Assembly: GCA_007375535.1 (NCBI GenBank)
Contig: VMEM01000002.1
Location: 84,265 to 148,264, forward strand
DNA length: 64,000 nucleotides
From: Parcubacteria group bacterium LiPW_41
GTDB taxonomy: Bacteria; Patescibacteriota; Minisyncoccia; UBA6257; GWB1-50-10
Direction of reading: 5' to 3'
The stretch's first letter is position 1; each line of letters begins with the position of its first letter. The position numbers and the translations under genes are program-made. The notes beneath the pieces are model-generated. The model was not told the origin of the DNA, did no database searches, and saw nothing but the letters and a program-made list of their open reading frames with translations. This document shows positions 1 through 10,277 of this stretch, one piece after another.

Positions 1-57
1 AAGCGATTTTTTGTATGTATCGATATTTTCTCTGTGTGAATATATGATAAATGGAAT

Positions 58-627
58 TAATATGAAAAGAAAAAGGATTTCTAGTATTGGAGATCCTAGT
101 GTGATTGAGCAAACAAATGCAGTAACTGCTCCGGTTATTGACGCCTTGAATACATCATCACGATTAAATCTGTGAATTCCAAGCATCAGAATAAATGCAA
201 AAAATGCTAATGCAGCAATTTTAGGATCAAGTCCAATAAGAACGCCTAACCCAGTGGCAACTCCCTTTCCTGCTTTAAATTTAAGAATTGGATTAAAGAT
301 GTTTATGAGTATAACAAGTATTCCAACTCCAATTTTCAGAGAAAATAGTTGATTTGGCCCTAAATTAGTTGTGACATCTATTGTTTCAATAAAGCTTATA
401 ATAAATGCTGCTTTTAATGCATCAAGAAGGATTACTGCAGACCCATAAATCCTTCCTGTTGTCTTTCCGTATATTTCCTTATAGACCCTTCCGACGTTTG
501 TTCCACCAATATTTCCACTTCCAAATTTTCGGATGTCTCTTCTATCAATTAAGAAACAGAAAATAAGACCAGTTGGAAACAATGCAACAAAGAGCATTAT
601 AAAGATTGATATATATAATTCTGTCAT
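58..627 (-). CDS. plsY: Glycerol-3-phosphate acyltransferase PlsY. This ORF is not in the supplied ORF track but is open on the reverse strand
   Basis: My own reverse-strand translation gives MTELYISIF...RDIRKFGSGNIGGTNVGRVYKEIYGK...KFKAGKGVATGLGVLIG. It carries the PlsY GSGNxGxTN and KGxATxxG motifs and is about 189 aa with multiple TM segments. Confidence 0.75.
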
Positions 628-726
628 GTTCTCACCTATGGTTATTAAAGATGGGTCTATTATGCTACAAAATTGATTTTTTTTCAACTGTAAGAAAGTT
701 ATATTTCACAGTACACTGGAAGCAGA

Positions 727-2439
727 ATGCCGAAGGATATAGACATAATTAAAGAGCGTCTTTCTGTTGTTGATGTGTTGCAAATGTATCTTGCGCTTAC
801 TCCAGCGGGAAGAAATTTTAAAGCAAACTGTCCATTTCACAACGAAAAAACTCCTTCGTTCATTGTCTCGCCTGATAGAGGGAGGTGGCACTGTTTTGGA
901 TGTAGTGAGGGAGGCGACATCATCACGTTTGTGATGAAATATGAAAATTTAGAATTTCCTGAAGCGTTAAGATTTCTTGCTGAAAAAGCAGGAGTACAAC
1001 TTGCAAGTATCAACCCACAACATCAACGAGAGTTTGGTGTTTTGTATGACATAAATGAAGAGGCAAAAATATTTTTTGTTGAAGCCTTGAAAAAAAACAG
1101 TGCAGCGCTTTCATATTTAAAAACGCGTGGATTGACCGACGAAACAATAAAAGAATTTGAAATTGGTTTTTCTCCTGGGGGTGAATCGCTTACATTGCAT
1201 TTAATACAAAAAAAATATGCCGTTGCAGATGCTGTTCGGGCGGGACTTCTTTATAGAAATTCTCGAGGACTTTACCGTGATAGATTTGATGGGAGGATTA
1301 TGTTTCCTATTTTGAATCATGTGGGAAAGACTGTTGCGTTCACTGGTCGTGTGTTTGGTGTATCAGCTGAAAATCCTGACAATCCAAAATATATGAACAG
1401 TCCGGAATCTCCTGTGTTTAATAAATCAAAGATTCTTTATGGGTTGAACAAAACAAAAAACGATATCGCAAAAGCAAAAACATTTGTGGTGGTTGAGGGG
1501 CAGATGGATTTTTTGATGTCATGGCAATGTGGAATAAAAAACAGTGTTGCAATTTCTGGTACTGGATTTACCGAACAACATTTGGAGCGTTTACGGAAGA
1601 TTTCCGATACTGCGGTTGTGAGTTTTGACAATGACGATGCAGGGCGAAAAGCGCTCGAGCGAACACTTTCGCTTTTTAATACATTTGATTTTCATACTAA
1701 AGTTATTTCTCTAAAGAATTACAAAGATCCTGCTGACGCGCTTTTGGTAGACCCGCAGTTTATGGAGCGAGCAGTTAATGAAGCTCGTCCTGCTTTTCAA
1801 TTTCTTTTTCAAATATATTTTGGTTCTGAAAAAATACGAAGTGATATTCCATTAAAAAAGAGGATAGTACATCGTTTACTTGAAATTCTCTCTTCACTTA
1901 AGAGTCCAATCGAGCGTTCGGAGTGGATTCGTGAACTTTCACGTGAATCAGGTATACCCGAGACGTCTCTAAGTTCTGAGCTCGATTTAATCGAGGATCA
2001 GAAAAAGAAGGAAGACAAGCCAGAAGTTGAACAGGTGAAAGAAATTTACTCTCAGGGACGTAGAATAGATGTAATTGCGCGACAACTAGTTTCTCTTGCA
2101 TTTACAAATGACAAATTTAAGGATATAGTACTAGCAAATAAGGAATTTATGCCTCGGCCGTTTCTTTCGGTGCTTGAAAACCCTGGGGCGGAATCTGCAA
2201 CGGTATTCCAAATGCAATCAACCTACTTGTTTGGAAACGCAGATATTAATGACCTCGAAGAGGAGGCAAAAGGACTCATACGCCAGTTACAACTGGAGTA
2301 TTATCGGGATGTGCAGGAGACGCTGAAGCGTGAGATGAAAAACGCAGAAGCGCGTGGAGAAGAGGAAAAACTCCTTGAGGCGACAAGGAAATTTCAGGAT
2401 TGTACTCAAAAAATAAATTCGCTCACCATAAACGTATGA
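727..2439 (+). CDS. dnaG: DNA primase DnaG
   Basis: CHC2 zinc finger ([11 protein letters not shown]...HCFGCSEGG); Toprim region ([22 protein letters not shown]); 570 aa. Confidence 0.9.
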   Translation: MPKDIDIIKERLSVVDVLQMYLALTPAGRNFKANCPFHNEKTPSFIVSPDRGRWHCFGCSEGGDIITFVMKYENLEFPEALRFLAEKAGVQLASINPQHQREFGVLYDINEEAKIFFVEALKKNSAALSYLKTRGLTDETIKEFEIGFSPGGESLTLHLIQKKYAVADAVRAGLLYRNSRGLYRDRFDGRIMFPILNHVGKTVAFTGRVFGVSAENPDNPKYMNSPESPVFNKSKILYGLNKTKNDIAKAKTFVVVEGQMDFLMSWQCGIKNSVAISGTGFTEQHLERLRKISDTAVVSFDNDDAGRKALERTLSLFNTFDFHTKVISLKNYKDPADALLVDPQFMERAVNEARPAFQFLFQIYFGSEKIRSDIPLKKRIVHRLLEILSSLKSPIERSEWIRELSRESGIPETSLSSELDLIEDQKKKEDKPEVEQVKEIYSQGRRIDVIARQLVSLAFTNDKFKDIVLANKEFMPRPFLSVLENPGAESATVFQMQSTYLFGNADINDLEEEAKGLIRQLQLEYYRDVQETLKREMKNAEARGEEEKLLEATRKFQDCTQKINSLTINV

Positions 2440-3710
2440 AGAAAAAAACTACAAAAAAACCAAAAGTAGTGAAGAAAGCAAAAAAAGTAGTAAAGCAAAA
2501 AAAGAAGATCGTTGTTAAAAAAAAGGCAACAAAGCCAGTAAAACAGAAAAAACAAAAAAAACACGTTTCTGTTCCTGAAAATAAAAATCAAAAACCAGAA
2601 CCAAAAGAAAGAAAGAATTACATTATTCCTGAAGAATATGTGGCTAGTTTGGATGATTTAATTCGTCGTGGGCGCGTTCGTGGATTTGTGACTGATGCAG
2701 AAATTTTGAACTTTTTTCCAGCAATCGAGAAGAAACTTTCGTTTCTCGAGGTTGTGTATGGCCGTCTTGATCAAGAGGGTATAAAAATCAAAGAAACAGA
2801 CTCTCTCATTGAGAGTGTTAATAAAGAACGAGATGAGATTTCATACCAAGAGTTACAAGATGCAACTCGTATTGATTCTGATCTTCCAGATGCAGTACAG
2901 ATGTATCTCAAGGAAATCGGGCGTACCCCACTTTTAAATACAAAAGAAGAGCGTGAGCTTGCACGAAGAATTGAAGAAGGAGATGAATCAGCGCGACAGA
3001 AGCTTATCCAAGCGAACCTTCGTCTTGTGGTTTCTATTGCAAAAAGATATGTAAATCGTTCCCCACACCTTTCTATTCTTGATTTGGTTCAAGAAGGAAA
3101 TATTGGGCTTTCACGTGCGGTAGATAAATTTGATTATCGACGTGGATTTAAATTTTCAACTTATGCAACGTGGTGGATTCGTCAGGCGGTCACTCGCGCA
3201 CTTGCTGATTATTCTCGTACCATTCGTATCCCTGTGCACATGGTGGAAACGATCACAAAATATACTCAGACAAAGCGACGCTTGATGCAAGAATTGGGAC
3301 GTGAGCCACTTCCAGAAGAAATCGCGACAGAAATGAATTTAGATGTAGAGAAGGTTCATTATATTCAAAAAATCTCACAAGAGGTTATCTCACTTGAGAC
3401 GCCAATTGGGGATGATGACGAGGATTCAACACTTTCAGACTTCATTAAAGATGAGACGAGTATGAGCCCTGATCAGCTCGCCAATGCTGCATTATTGCGA
3501 GATCAGATAAAAGAAGTGTTGGTTGATTTAACTGATAGAGAGAGAAAGATTCTTTCAATGCGATTCGGACTTGAGGACAACATTCCACATACCCTTGAGG
3601 AAGTGGGGAAGGTGTTTGGAGTAACTCGAGAACGTATTCGTCAGATTGAAGCAAAAGCACTTGAGAAGATTAGAAATCATAGGGATATAAAGAAGTTGGA
3701 AGGATATTAA
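2436..3710 (+). CDS. rpoD: RNA polymerase sigma-70 factor RpoD with a Lys-rich N-terminal extension. The ORF track starts at 2400; ATG 2436 overlaps the dnaG stop as ATGA
   Basis: Regions 2-4 are conserved ([49 protein letters not shown]). A 1.1-like [19 protein letters not shown] is preceded by [16 protein letters not shown]... . Confidence 0.9.
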   Translation: MKKKTTKKPKVVKKAKKVVKQKKKIVVKKKATKPVKQKKQKKHVSVPENKNQKPEPKERKNYIIPEEYVASLDDLIRRGRVRGFVTDAEILNFFPAIEKKLSFLEVVYGRLDQEGIKIKETDSLIESVNKERDEISYQELQDATRIDSDLPDAVQMYLKEIGRTPLLNTKEERELARRIEEGDESARQKLIQANLRLVVSIAKRYVNRSPHLSILDLVQEGNIGLSRAVDKFDYRRGFKFSTYATWWIRQAVTRALADYSRTIRIPVHMVETITKYTQTKRRLMQELGREPLPEEIATEMNLDVEKVHYIQKISQEVISLETPIGDDDEDSTLSDFIKDETSMSPDQLANAALLRDQIKEVLVDLTDRERKILSMRFGLEDNIPHTLEEVGKVFGVTRERIRQIEAKALEKIRNHRDIKKLEGY

Positions 3711-3711
3711 C

Positions 3712-3735
3712 AAAACCCCCTCTGGGGGTTTTGAA
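3712..3735 (+). terminator. Rho-independent terminator after rpoD
   Basis: aaaaccccctctgggggtttt: a GC stem followed by a T-run. Confidence 0.6.
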
Positions 3736-3807
3736 TTATAACTTGCATTATTTTTGAAAATATTGCATTATATACCCAGTTAATAAACAAGAAAATATGG
3801 AGGAAAC

Positions 3808-4173
3808 GTGAACAGTTTTGGATATCTTTTTATATCAAAGAGTCTCCTTGCTAGTATTCGAGAATCACGTAAGCAAACTCGTGAGGCAGTTGTTGAAATT
3901 TTAAAAGATTGTGGTCTTAATCTTGGAAAAGAATTGTATTTTTTAGGAAGTGTCGGAAAAGAGGTTTTCATTTTTTCTGATGCAATAGTATTTGATACAG
4001 ATGGGAATTTGTATGAGGTTGTTGATGCTCCAGGATTGGAAAGACGATTGGGGATTTTAGAAGACGAAGATGTTGAGTTGATTATTCAAAAATCAGACTT
4101 TATGCCTCGTCTTGAAGAGATTTTTAAAGTGTCTCAGGAAAATAAAAAGAAAAAACCGAAGGAGGAAAAGTGA
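3808..4173 (+). CDS. Hypothetical protein (GTG start, SD ggagg upstream)
   Basis: ORF with an SD 4 nt upstream; no recognisable motif. Confidence 0.45.
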   Translation: MNSFGYLFISKSLLASIRESRKQTREAVVEILKDCGLNLGKELYFLGSVGKEVFIFSDAIVFDTDGNLYEVVDAPGLERRLGILEDEDVELIIQKSDFMPRLEEIFKVSQENKKKKPKEEK

Positions 4174-4421
4174 TAGTAATTACTCGAACACCTGTTATGA
4201 ATTTAATTCCCGATGATTTACTTAGTGAATTAGTCGGCGTTACTCTTGATGTTGTTGAAACGAAGAAGGATAAGTTTTTAGTAAAAAAAGAAGAAATTCT
4301 TGAAGGGCTCAGGAAGTTAAACAGAAATTATGCCTTGCAGTATTTTGAAAAAGCAATTCACTTTTTTGGTATTAACGGATTAGTTCCAATATCAAAAGAT
4401 GTTGCTATTCATGTTGTGTAA
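4170..4421 (+). CDS. Hypothetical protein (GTG start overlapping the upstream stop as GTGA)
   Basis: Translationally coupled to 3808-4173. Followed by the terminator cccccgcaaagcggggg plus a T-run at about 4428-4455. Confidence 0.4.
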   Translation: MIVITRTPVMNLIPDDLLSELVGVTLDVVETKKDKFLVKKEEILEGLRKLNRNYALQYFEKAIHFFGINGLVPISKDVAIHVV

Positions 4422-4451
4422 ATAATTACCCCCGCAAAGCGGGGGATTTTT

Positions 4452-4682
4452 TTAACTAATTTCTGCGAGAATTAATAGAGATACAAAACTCATTGTTGTG
4501 AGCGAAAGGATTTTAGCCATTTTTTCTTTCTCAATGAAATCCACTAGAGAATTAAATGTCGAACTTCTTGCCATTTCTTCAACTGAACTTCCAGCATTTG
4601 GAAATCGTTTTGATAGGATTCCATTAATAAAGAGGTAGGCGTATCCATCTATCCCTATCAAAACTGAATAGGAGACCTTCAT
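4452..4682 (-). CDS. Hypothetical small membrane protein
   Basis: ORF only; hydrophobic C-terminus. Confidence 0.25.
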   Translation of the reverse strand: MKVSYSVLIGIDGYAYLFINGILSKRFPNAGSSVEEMARSSTFNSLVDFIEKEKMAKILSLTTMSFVSLLILAEIS

Positions 4683-4807
4683 ATATACCTCAGTTTCTTA
4701 AAGATAATTATATTATATATAAAAAGACATAATTCGTCAATCCTGTTTCTTCTTTGAAAAAAGTGCGGGATTTGTCTATTTTTACTGTTTTCCTTACTAT
4801 TATAAAT

Positions 4808-6577
4808 ATGGTTTCTTCTTCAGAAATTCGAAATAAATATCTTGAGTTTTTTAAATCAAAAGGACACACTAGAATTCCTTCTGCTTCTTTGATCCCTGAA
4901 AATGACCCCACGGTACTTTTTACTACTGCAGGAATGCACCCACTTGTCCCGTACCTTTTAGGCGAGAAACATCCGAGTGGGAAGATGCTCACAAACGCAC
5001 AAAAATGTATTAGGACGGGCGATATTGATGAGGTTGGAAATACTACCCATTTGACCTTTTTTGAGATGTTAGGGAACTGGTCACTCGGCGAATATTTCAA
5101 GGAGCAAGCAATCGAATATAGTTTTGAATTTCTTACTTCAAAGGAGTGGTTGGGTTTTGATAAAAACCTTTTAGCATTTTCAGTGTTTCAAGGAGATAAC
5201 GATGCGCCATTTGATTCTGAAGCATTTGAAAAGTGGAAATCGCTAGGAATTTCAGAAAAAAGAATTGCAAAACTACCAAAGAAAAATAATTGGTGGGGAC
5301 CAGCGGGAGAAACGGGGCCATGTGGACCAGATACTGAGATGTTTTACTGGACTGGGAATCCAAGTGAAGTCCCAGAGTCATTTAATGACGACAACCCACT
5401 GTGGGTTGAGATTTGGAATGATGTGTTTATGCAGTACAACAAAACAAAAGATGGTGAGTTTGTTCCGCTTGTACAAAAAAATATTGATACGGGGATGGGG
5501 CTTGAACGAACAGTAGCAATTTTAAATAAGTGTGATGTATATCATATCGATACGTTTAAGCCAGTAGTAAGTGCTATTGAAGAATTATCGGGAAAAAAAT
5601 ATGGAGAAAACGAACGGGATACACGCGCGATACGAATCGTTGCGGATCATCTTCGTGCGGCGACGTTTATTTTGGGTGATGAAAGAGGAATTGTTCCATC
5701 AAATGTGGGACAGGGATATGTGCTTCGCAGGCTTATTCGAAGAGCAGTCCGTTACGCAAAACAGATTGGAATTCCCATGGAGCGTCTCCATTTAATTGTT
5801 GGGGATGTAATTGAGGGTTTTGAGAATTCTCCATATTCAGAATTAGAAAAAAATAAAGAAAAAATAGTTTCTGAGTTTAAGAGGGAAGTGGAAAAGTTTT
5901 CGGTTGCACTCGATAAGGGATTAAAAGAATTCTCAAAATTAGAAAAAGTTGATGGGGCGGTTGCGTTTAATTTATATCAATCATATGGGTTTCCTTTGGA
6001 ACTTACCGTAGAGCTTTCACACGAGCGAGGATTTTCTGTTGATGAGAAAGAGTTTAATGAGGAATTTAAGAAACATCAGGACCTTTCGAGAACTGCATCC
6101 GCTGGAGTGTTTAAGGGTGGACTCGCTGATAATTCCGAAGCGGTGGTGAAATATCACACTGCAACACATCTTATGCTTCAAGCTATGAGAGAGATTTTAG
6201 GTTCACACGTCGAACAACGGGGAAGTAACCTTACCGCAGAACGAATGCGATTTGATTTTTCTCATCCAACCAAAGTGACACCAGAAGAAATTAAAAAAAT
6301 TGAAGATAGGGTAAATGAAATAATCAAAAAAGATTTGCCAGTACATTTTGAGATGCTTTCAGTAGACGAGGCAAAGAAGCGTGGAGCAACAGGAATTTTT
6401 GAGGAGAAGTATTCTGCGCTTGGAAATAATCTGAAAGTATATTTTGTGGGGGATTATTCTGCAGAAATTTGTGGTGGTCCACACGTGGAACACACGGGAA
6501 TCTTAGGAACATTTAAGATCCAAAAAGAAGAGGCGGTTTCTCAAGGAGTTCGCCGTATTAAGGCAATACTCTCATAG
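4808..6577 (+). CDS. alaS: Alanyl-tRNA synthetase with catalytic, tRNA-recognition and editing domains but no C-terminal C-Ala domain. The ORF track starts at the TTG at 4754
   Basis: N-terminus SSSEIRNKYLEFFKSKGHTRIPSASLIPENDPTVLFTTAGM; FFEMLGNWSLGEYFK; WGPAGETGPCGPDTEMFY; editing HTATHLMLQAMRE...GGPHVEHTG. Confidence 0.9.
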   Translation: MVSSSEIRNKYLEFFKSKGHTRIPSASLIPENDPTVLFTTAGMHPLVPYLLGEKHPSGKMLTNAQKCIRTGDIDEVGNTTHLTFFEMLGNWSLGEYFKEQAIEYSFEFLTSKEWLGFDKNLLAFSVFQGDNDAPFDSEAFEKWKSLGISEKRIAKLPKKNNWWGPAGETGPCGPDTEMFYWTGNPSEVPESFNDDNPLWVEIWNDVFMQYNKTKDGEFVPLVQKNIDTGMGLERTVAILNKCDVYHIDTFKPVVSAIEELSGKKYGENERDTRAIRIVADHLRAATFILGDERGIVPSNVGQGYVLRRLIRRAVRYAKQIGIPMERLHLIVGDVIEGFENSPYSELEKNKEKIVSEFKREVEKFSVALDKGLKEFSKLEKVDGAVAFNLYQSYGFPLELTVELSHERGFSVDEKEFNEEFKKHQDLSRTASAGVFKGGLADNSEAVVKYHTATHLMLQAMREILGSHVEQRGSNLTAERMRFDFSHPTKVTPEEIKKIEDRVNEIIKKDLPVHFEMLSVDEAKKRGATGIFEEKYSALGNNLKVYFVGDYSAEICGGPHVEHTGILGTFKIQKEEAVSQGVRRIKAILS

Positions 6578-6641
6578 TTTGACAATATATTGATATTCTG
6601 TTATTCTTTTTTCACTGAACATTAAAAAAAGAAGGAGTTAT

Positions 6642-6881
6642 ATGAATGGAAAACATACCCCCAGCTCATGGGCGGATGCTTTAGAGAAAGCGAGCCAAAT
6701 TTTACCACACTATAGTTTAATTGTGTTTAAAAAATATAATGTAGGGTCTGGTTTTTTTGAATTGGAGAAAGGAAAGAAAATGACACCAGAAGGAATGGTA
6801 AGGGTATTTCCACAATTTGCAGAATTTTTTCCTGAACAAAGTGTTTTAAAAAGAAAGGAGATTGATAATGAGAATAATTAG
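6642..6881 (+). CDS. Hypothetical protein
   Basis: ORF only. Confidence 0.3.
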   Translation: MNGKHTPSSWADALEKASQILPHYSLIVFKKYNVGSGFFELEKGKKMTPEGMVRVFPQFAEFFPEQSVLKRKEIDNENN

Positions 6882-7197
6882 CGAAAAAAGTTTTGTCGAC
6901 TATGGCTTGGTGAAAAAAGAACAGAAGAAAGAGCGGGTTCAGGTTTCAGAAACACAACCATCTCAAAAAGAAATAAGGGCGGTAATTGCGGAAGGAAAAG
7001 GATTGAGTGATGCTCGTAAGGCTCGTATTGCTCAAAAAAACAGAATTGCTGCCGCAAAGAACCTTGCTTCGGTTTCAAAGCCGGGATTTGGATTTCGAAA
7101 CCAAAGCAGTATCGTTCTTTCTACAAAAACCACTGATATTTCTCCAAAAATAATGGACTCTGTTGTCCGTAGGCAATTAGCTGCCTCTATGCGCTAA
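6862..7197 (+). CDS. Hypothetical protein
   Basis: ORF only. Followed by the terminator ccctcgttcgcgaggg plus a T-run at about 7205-7231. Confidence 0.35.
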   Translation: MIMRIISEKSFVDYGLVKKEQKKERVQVSETQPSQKEIRAVIAEGKGLSDARKARIAQKNRIAAAKNLASVSKPGFGFRNQSSIVLSTKTTDISPKIMDSVVRRQLAASMR

Positions 7198-7264
7198 ACT
7201 ATTTTTCCCTCGTTCGCGAGGGATTTTTTTATAAACAAATGAATATAGGGTATAATTAAAAAAG

Positions 7265-9235
7265 ATGGAAGAAGAGAGACGAGATGTCGCATATTTCGGG
7301 CGTACCAATTTCCGTAATAAGGATCAGCTTTTTGGTGTAAAAAGAAAAGACAGGCGCCAGCATATGTATGTGATCGGACAGTCAGGTACTGGTAAGTCTT
7401 CTCTGCTTCATAATCTTGTAATTCAAGATATTGCGAATGGTGAGGGATTATGTGTGGTTGACCCACACGGAGAGCTTGTAGAGGGCGTGCTTTCAATGAT
7501 TCCCGAAGAACGCATAAAAGATGTGGTGTATTTTAATCCTGCAGATACTGACTATCCAATTGGGTTCAATATTCTTGAACTTCCTGATCCAAAATACAAA
7601 CATCTTGTGGCATCAGGTTTGATGGGAATTTTTACTAAGATTTGGTCTGGAGTTTGGTCTGCTCGTATGGAGTACATCATGAACAATGCAATCTTGGCAT
7701 TACTTGATACTCCTGGGACGACATTGCTTGGTATTACAAGAATTTTAGTTGATAAGGATTATCGACAAAAAATAATTGCGAATGTAAAAGATCCTGTAGT
7801 AAAAGCATTTTGGATTAATGAGTTTGAAGAATGGAAAGATCAATTTAGAAACGAGGCAATTGCACCTATTCAAAATAAAGTGGGACAATTTCTTTCAACT
7901 CCAATTGTAAGAAATATTGTTGGGCAACCAAAGAGTACTATTAATGTCTTAGACATAATGAACTCGGGAAAAATCTTTTTGGTGAATGTATCAAAAGGAA
8001 GAATCGGAGAAGATAACTCTGCATTGTTGGGTGCGATGCTTATTACAAAGATTCAGCTTGCGGCGATGGAGCGCGTGCGGATTCCAGAAGATGAGCGTGT
8101 TGATTTTTATCTCCACGTCGACGAGTTTCAAAACTTTGCGACTGATTCGTTTGCAAACATTCTTTCAGAAGCACGAAAGTATCGCTTGAATCTTATTCTT
8201 GCTCATCAATATATCGGACAACTTACTACAACCGGTTCCACTATTGTTCGTGATGCAGTATTTGGAAACGTTGGTACTATGCTTATGTTCCGTGTTGGAG
8301 CAGCTGACGCTGAATTTCTCTCGAAAGAATTTGAGCCAGAGTTTACTCCAACTGATATGGTGAATCTTCCAAACTATAATGTGTATTTAAAACTTCTTGT
8401 TGATGGATTTAGGAGTCGCCCATTTTCTGCACAAACGCTTCCACCGTTTAAGTTGAAGTCATCAAGCGCTGTTGAAGAAGCAGTTATTACTAATTCACGA
8501 AAAATTTATACAAAACAGGTGTGGAGCGTTGAAAGAGAGATAATGTCGTGGAGTGGTGTTGGTGGCGATGACAACGAGGGCGCGTCGAAAGGAGAAAATG
8601 AAGTGGATTGTATGAGTTGTGGGAAGCATGTAAAACTTCCATTTACTCCAATTCCAGGAAGGCCGGTATATTGTCCTGAGTGTTATGGAAAAGTGAAAGC
8701 GGGAGAGCTTGAACCAGTGCGTGTAATGCCGGAAAATCTTGCAAGAGAACGGGTACCACAACAAAAACATACAGAAGACCTCGCAAAACTTGGTATTGAA
8801 TTCGAACTCAAAAAATCATCAACAAACGATGAACGGAAGTCATTTGAAGAGAGACGGGACAATCATACCCAAACACATCAGAGAGAAAGTCACACTTCTC
8901 GAGAACAAGGTGGTGAGCGTCCGTCATTTCGTAAACCAATGGAGCGTCAAAAACCACGATTTGAAAAGCGAGGTATTGATAATGTGAGGCCTGTTGGAAA
9001 TATTGAGCGACCGGTTTCAAAAATTGGATCAGTAAAGCGTCCATCAATTTTTGATGAATCGAGGTTTAAGGATACAGAAGAAAAAATTGAAGAGAAGGAT
9101 AAAAACACATTAAGCTTGTCTGCGCTCAAACAGGTAACGGGGGACATAGCAAATGAAGAAGCGACAGAGGGATTGCATATGAGTGATTTGCGATCAGCCC
9201 TGTCTGATGCCTTAAAAAAACTGGAAAATAATTAG
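7265..9235 (+). CDS. VirD4/TraD/TraG-family (type IV coupling protein-like) P-loop ATPase. It has no N-terminal TM anchor and carries a C-terminal CxxC..CxxC zinc ribbon and a charged tail
   Basis: Walker A VIGQSGTGKSSLLHNL; Walker B/DExx FYLHVDEFQNF; LILAHQYIGQL; C-terminal CMSCGKHVKLPFTPIPGRPVYCPECYG, then a K/E/R-rich region. Confidence 0.6.
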   Translation: MEEERRDVAYFGRTNFRNKDQLFGVKRKDRRQHMYVIGQSGTGKSSLLHNLVIQDIANGEGLCVVDPHGELVEGVLSMIPEERIKDVVYFNPADTDYPIGFNILELPDPKYKHLVASGLMGIFTKIWSGVWSARMEYIMNNAILALLDTPGTTLLGITRILVDKDYRQKIIANVKDPVVKAFWINEFEEWKDQFRNEAIAPIQNKVGQFLSTPIVRNIVGQPKSTINVLDIMNSGKIFLVNVSKGRIGEDNSALLGAMLITKIQLAAMERVRIPEDERVDFYLHVDEFQNFATDSFANILSEARKYRLNLILAHQYIGQLTTTGSTIVRDAVFGNVGTMLMFRVGAADAEFLSKEFEPEFTPTDMVNLPNYNVYLKLLVDGFRSRPFSAQTLPPFKLKSSSAVEEAVITNSRKIYTKQVWSVEREIMSWSGVGGDDNEGASKGENEVDCMSCGKHVKLPFTPIPGRPVYCPECYGKVKAGELEPVRVMPENLARERVPQQKHTEDLAKLGIEFELKKSSTNDERKSFEERRDNHTQTHQRESHTSREQGGERPSFRKPMERQKPRFEKRGIDNVRPVGNIERPVSKIGSVKRPSIFDESRFKDTEEKIEEKDKNTLSLSALKQVTGDIANEEATEGLHMSDLRSALSDALKKLENN

Positions 9236-9237
9236 GA

Positions 9238-9266
9238 AGAAACGCTTTACAAGAAGCGTTTTTTCT
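9238..9266 (+). terminator. Rho-independent terminator
   Basis: aaacgctttacaagaagcgtttttt. Confidence 0.55.
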
Positions 9267-9313
9267 TATATACTATTTTCATACATTTAAAACAATAAAT
9301 AAGGAACTTTGTT

Positions 9314-9733
9314 ATGAACCGTGATGATAGTGCCTGTCTTTTGTCGAGTGTTTTCTCTCAGTTAGAAGAGATGGTTAGTGTTCCTACAAAATATTTAGAT
9401 TTTTGTGTAACACTAAGAAAACGCGAGGAAGTAGATGGAAAGCTTAACATTTTAAGTTTTAAGTTTGATGAAGAGACAAAAACAAAAGTTTTTGTTTTTC
9501 CTTCGGACAGTAATATAGTCGGCACAATTAATTCTCGAGCGATTCTCTATCATGCTGATAAATTCTTTCGCGTGAAGAGAGAAGAAGATATTTCGATTGC
9601 TATTGCGTCACTTTTTCCAGAGGAATTTGATGTAGAAAATCTGGAAGTTTCTTTTGAAATTCGTTCAGTTGAATTGAACGAACTCTCAAAATTTGTATTA
9701 TCGGTAGATAAAGTTAAAAAGAAATTTAAATAG
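9314..9733 (+). CDS. Hypothetical protein
   Basis: ORF only. Confidence 0.4.
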   Translation: MNRDDSACLLSSVFSQLEEMVSVPTKYLDFCVTLRKREEVDGKLNILSFKFDEETKTKVFVFPSDSNIVGTINSRAILYHADKFFRVKREEDISIAIASLFPEEFDVENLEVSFEIRSVELNELSKFVLSVDKVKKKFK

Positions 9734-9741
9734 GAGGTAAC

Positions 9742-10206
9742 ATGAATATTACACAAAGTATGAGATTGTCTTCTGATCTTCTCGAAATACTCATTCGATC
9801 TAATCTAGGTTTAAAGGTTGATGGTATGTTTGTAGAAGATTCATCTATACCAAAAAAAATAGAGATAACACTTTCTTACTTCAATAGTCCAAGTGAAGCA
9901 GGAGTAGAAACCTCAGACCGAAGAAAACTAGAATTATTTGGAACTAATGTTCGTGGATATTTAGATCTTTGTTCCCGAGTGTCGACTTTGAAAGAAGAGA
10001 TGGAAAACTCTATTTGCCCATTTCCAGGATTTGATCCATTTCAGTTCAGTCATATCAATGCCTTAGAATTGAAAGAAGTTCTTGAGAATTTTTTTCAGGG
10101 CAACCCGTTAAACAACGAGGTCACTATAAATATTCGGATAGAAGAAATTCCGTTTACGCGCATTTATGATATTACTAAAACGATTATGAAGCTTCGAGCT
10201 AAATAA
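9742..10206 (+). CDS. Hypothetical protein (SD taggaggt upstream)
   Basis: ORF with a strong SD. Followed by the bidirectional terminator aaaacccccgctttcgcggggattttttt at 10209-10237. Confidence 0.45.
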   Translation: MNITQSMRLSSDLLEILIRSNLGLKVDGMFVEDSSIPKKIEITLSYFNSPSEAGVETSDRRKLELFGTNVRGYLDLCSRVSTLKEEMENSICPFPGFDPFQFSHINALELKEVLENFFQGNPLNNEVTINIRIEEIPFTRIYDITKTIMKLRAK

Positions 10207-10277
10207 TTAAAACCCCCGCTTTCGCGGGGATTTTTTTCTTTAACTAATCTCTATGCCCTAACAACTAGTTACTATTC

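Noticed and set aside
2406-2591. A minus-strand 61-aa Phe-rich ORF
   Set aside because: It is the antisense of the poly-Lys (AAA/AAG) tract at the rpoD 5' end, a low-complexity artefact.
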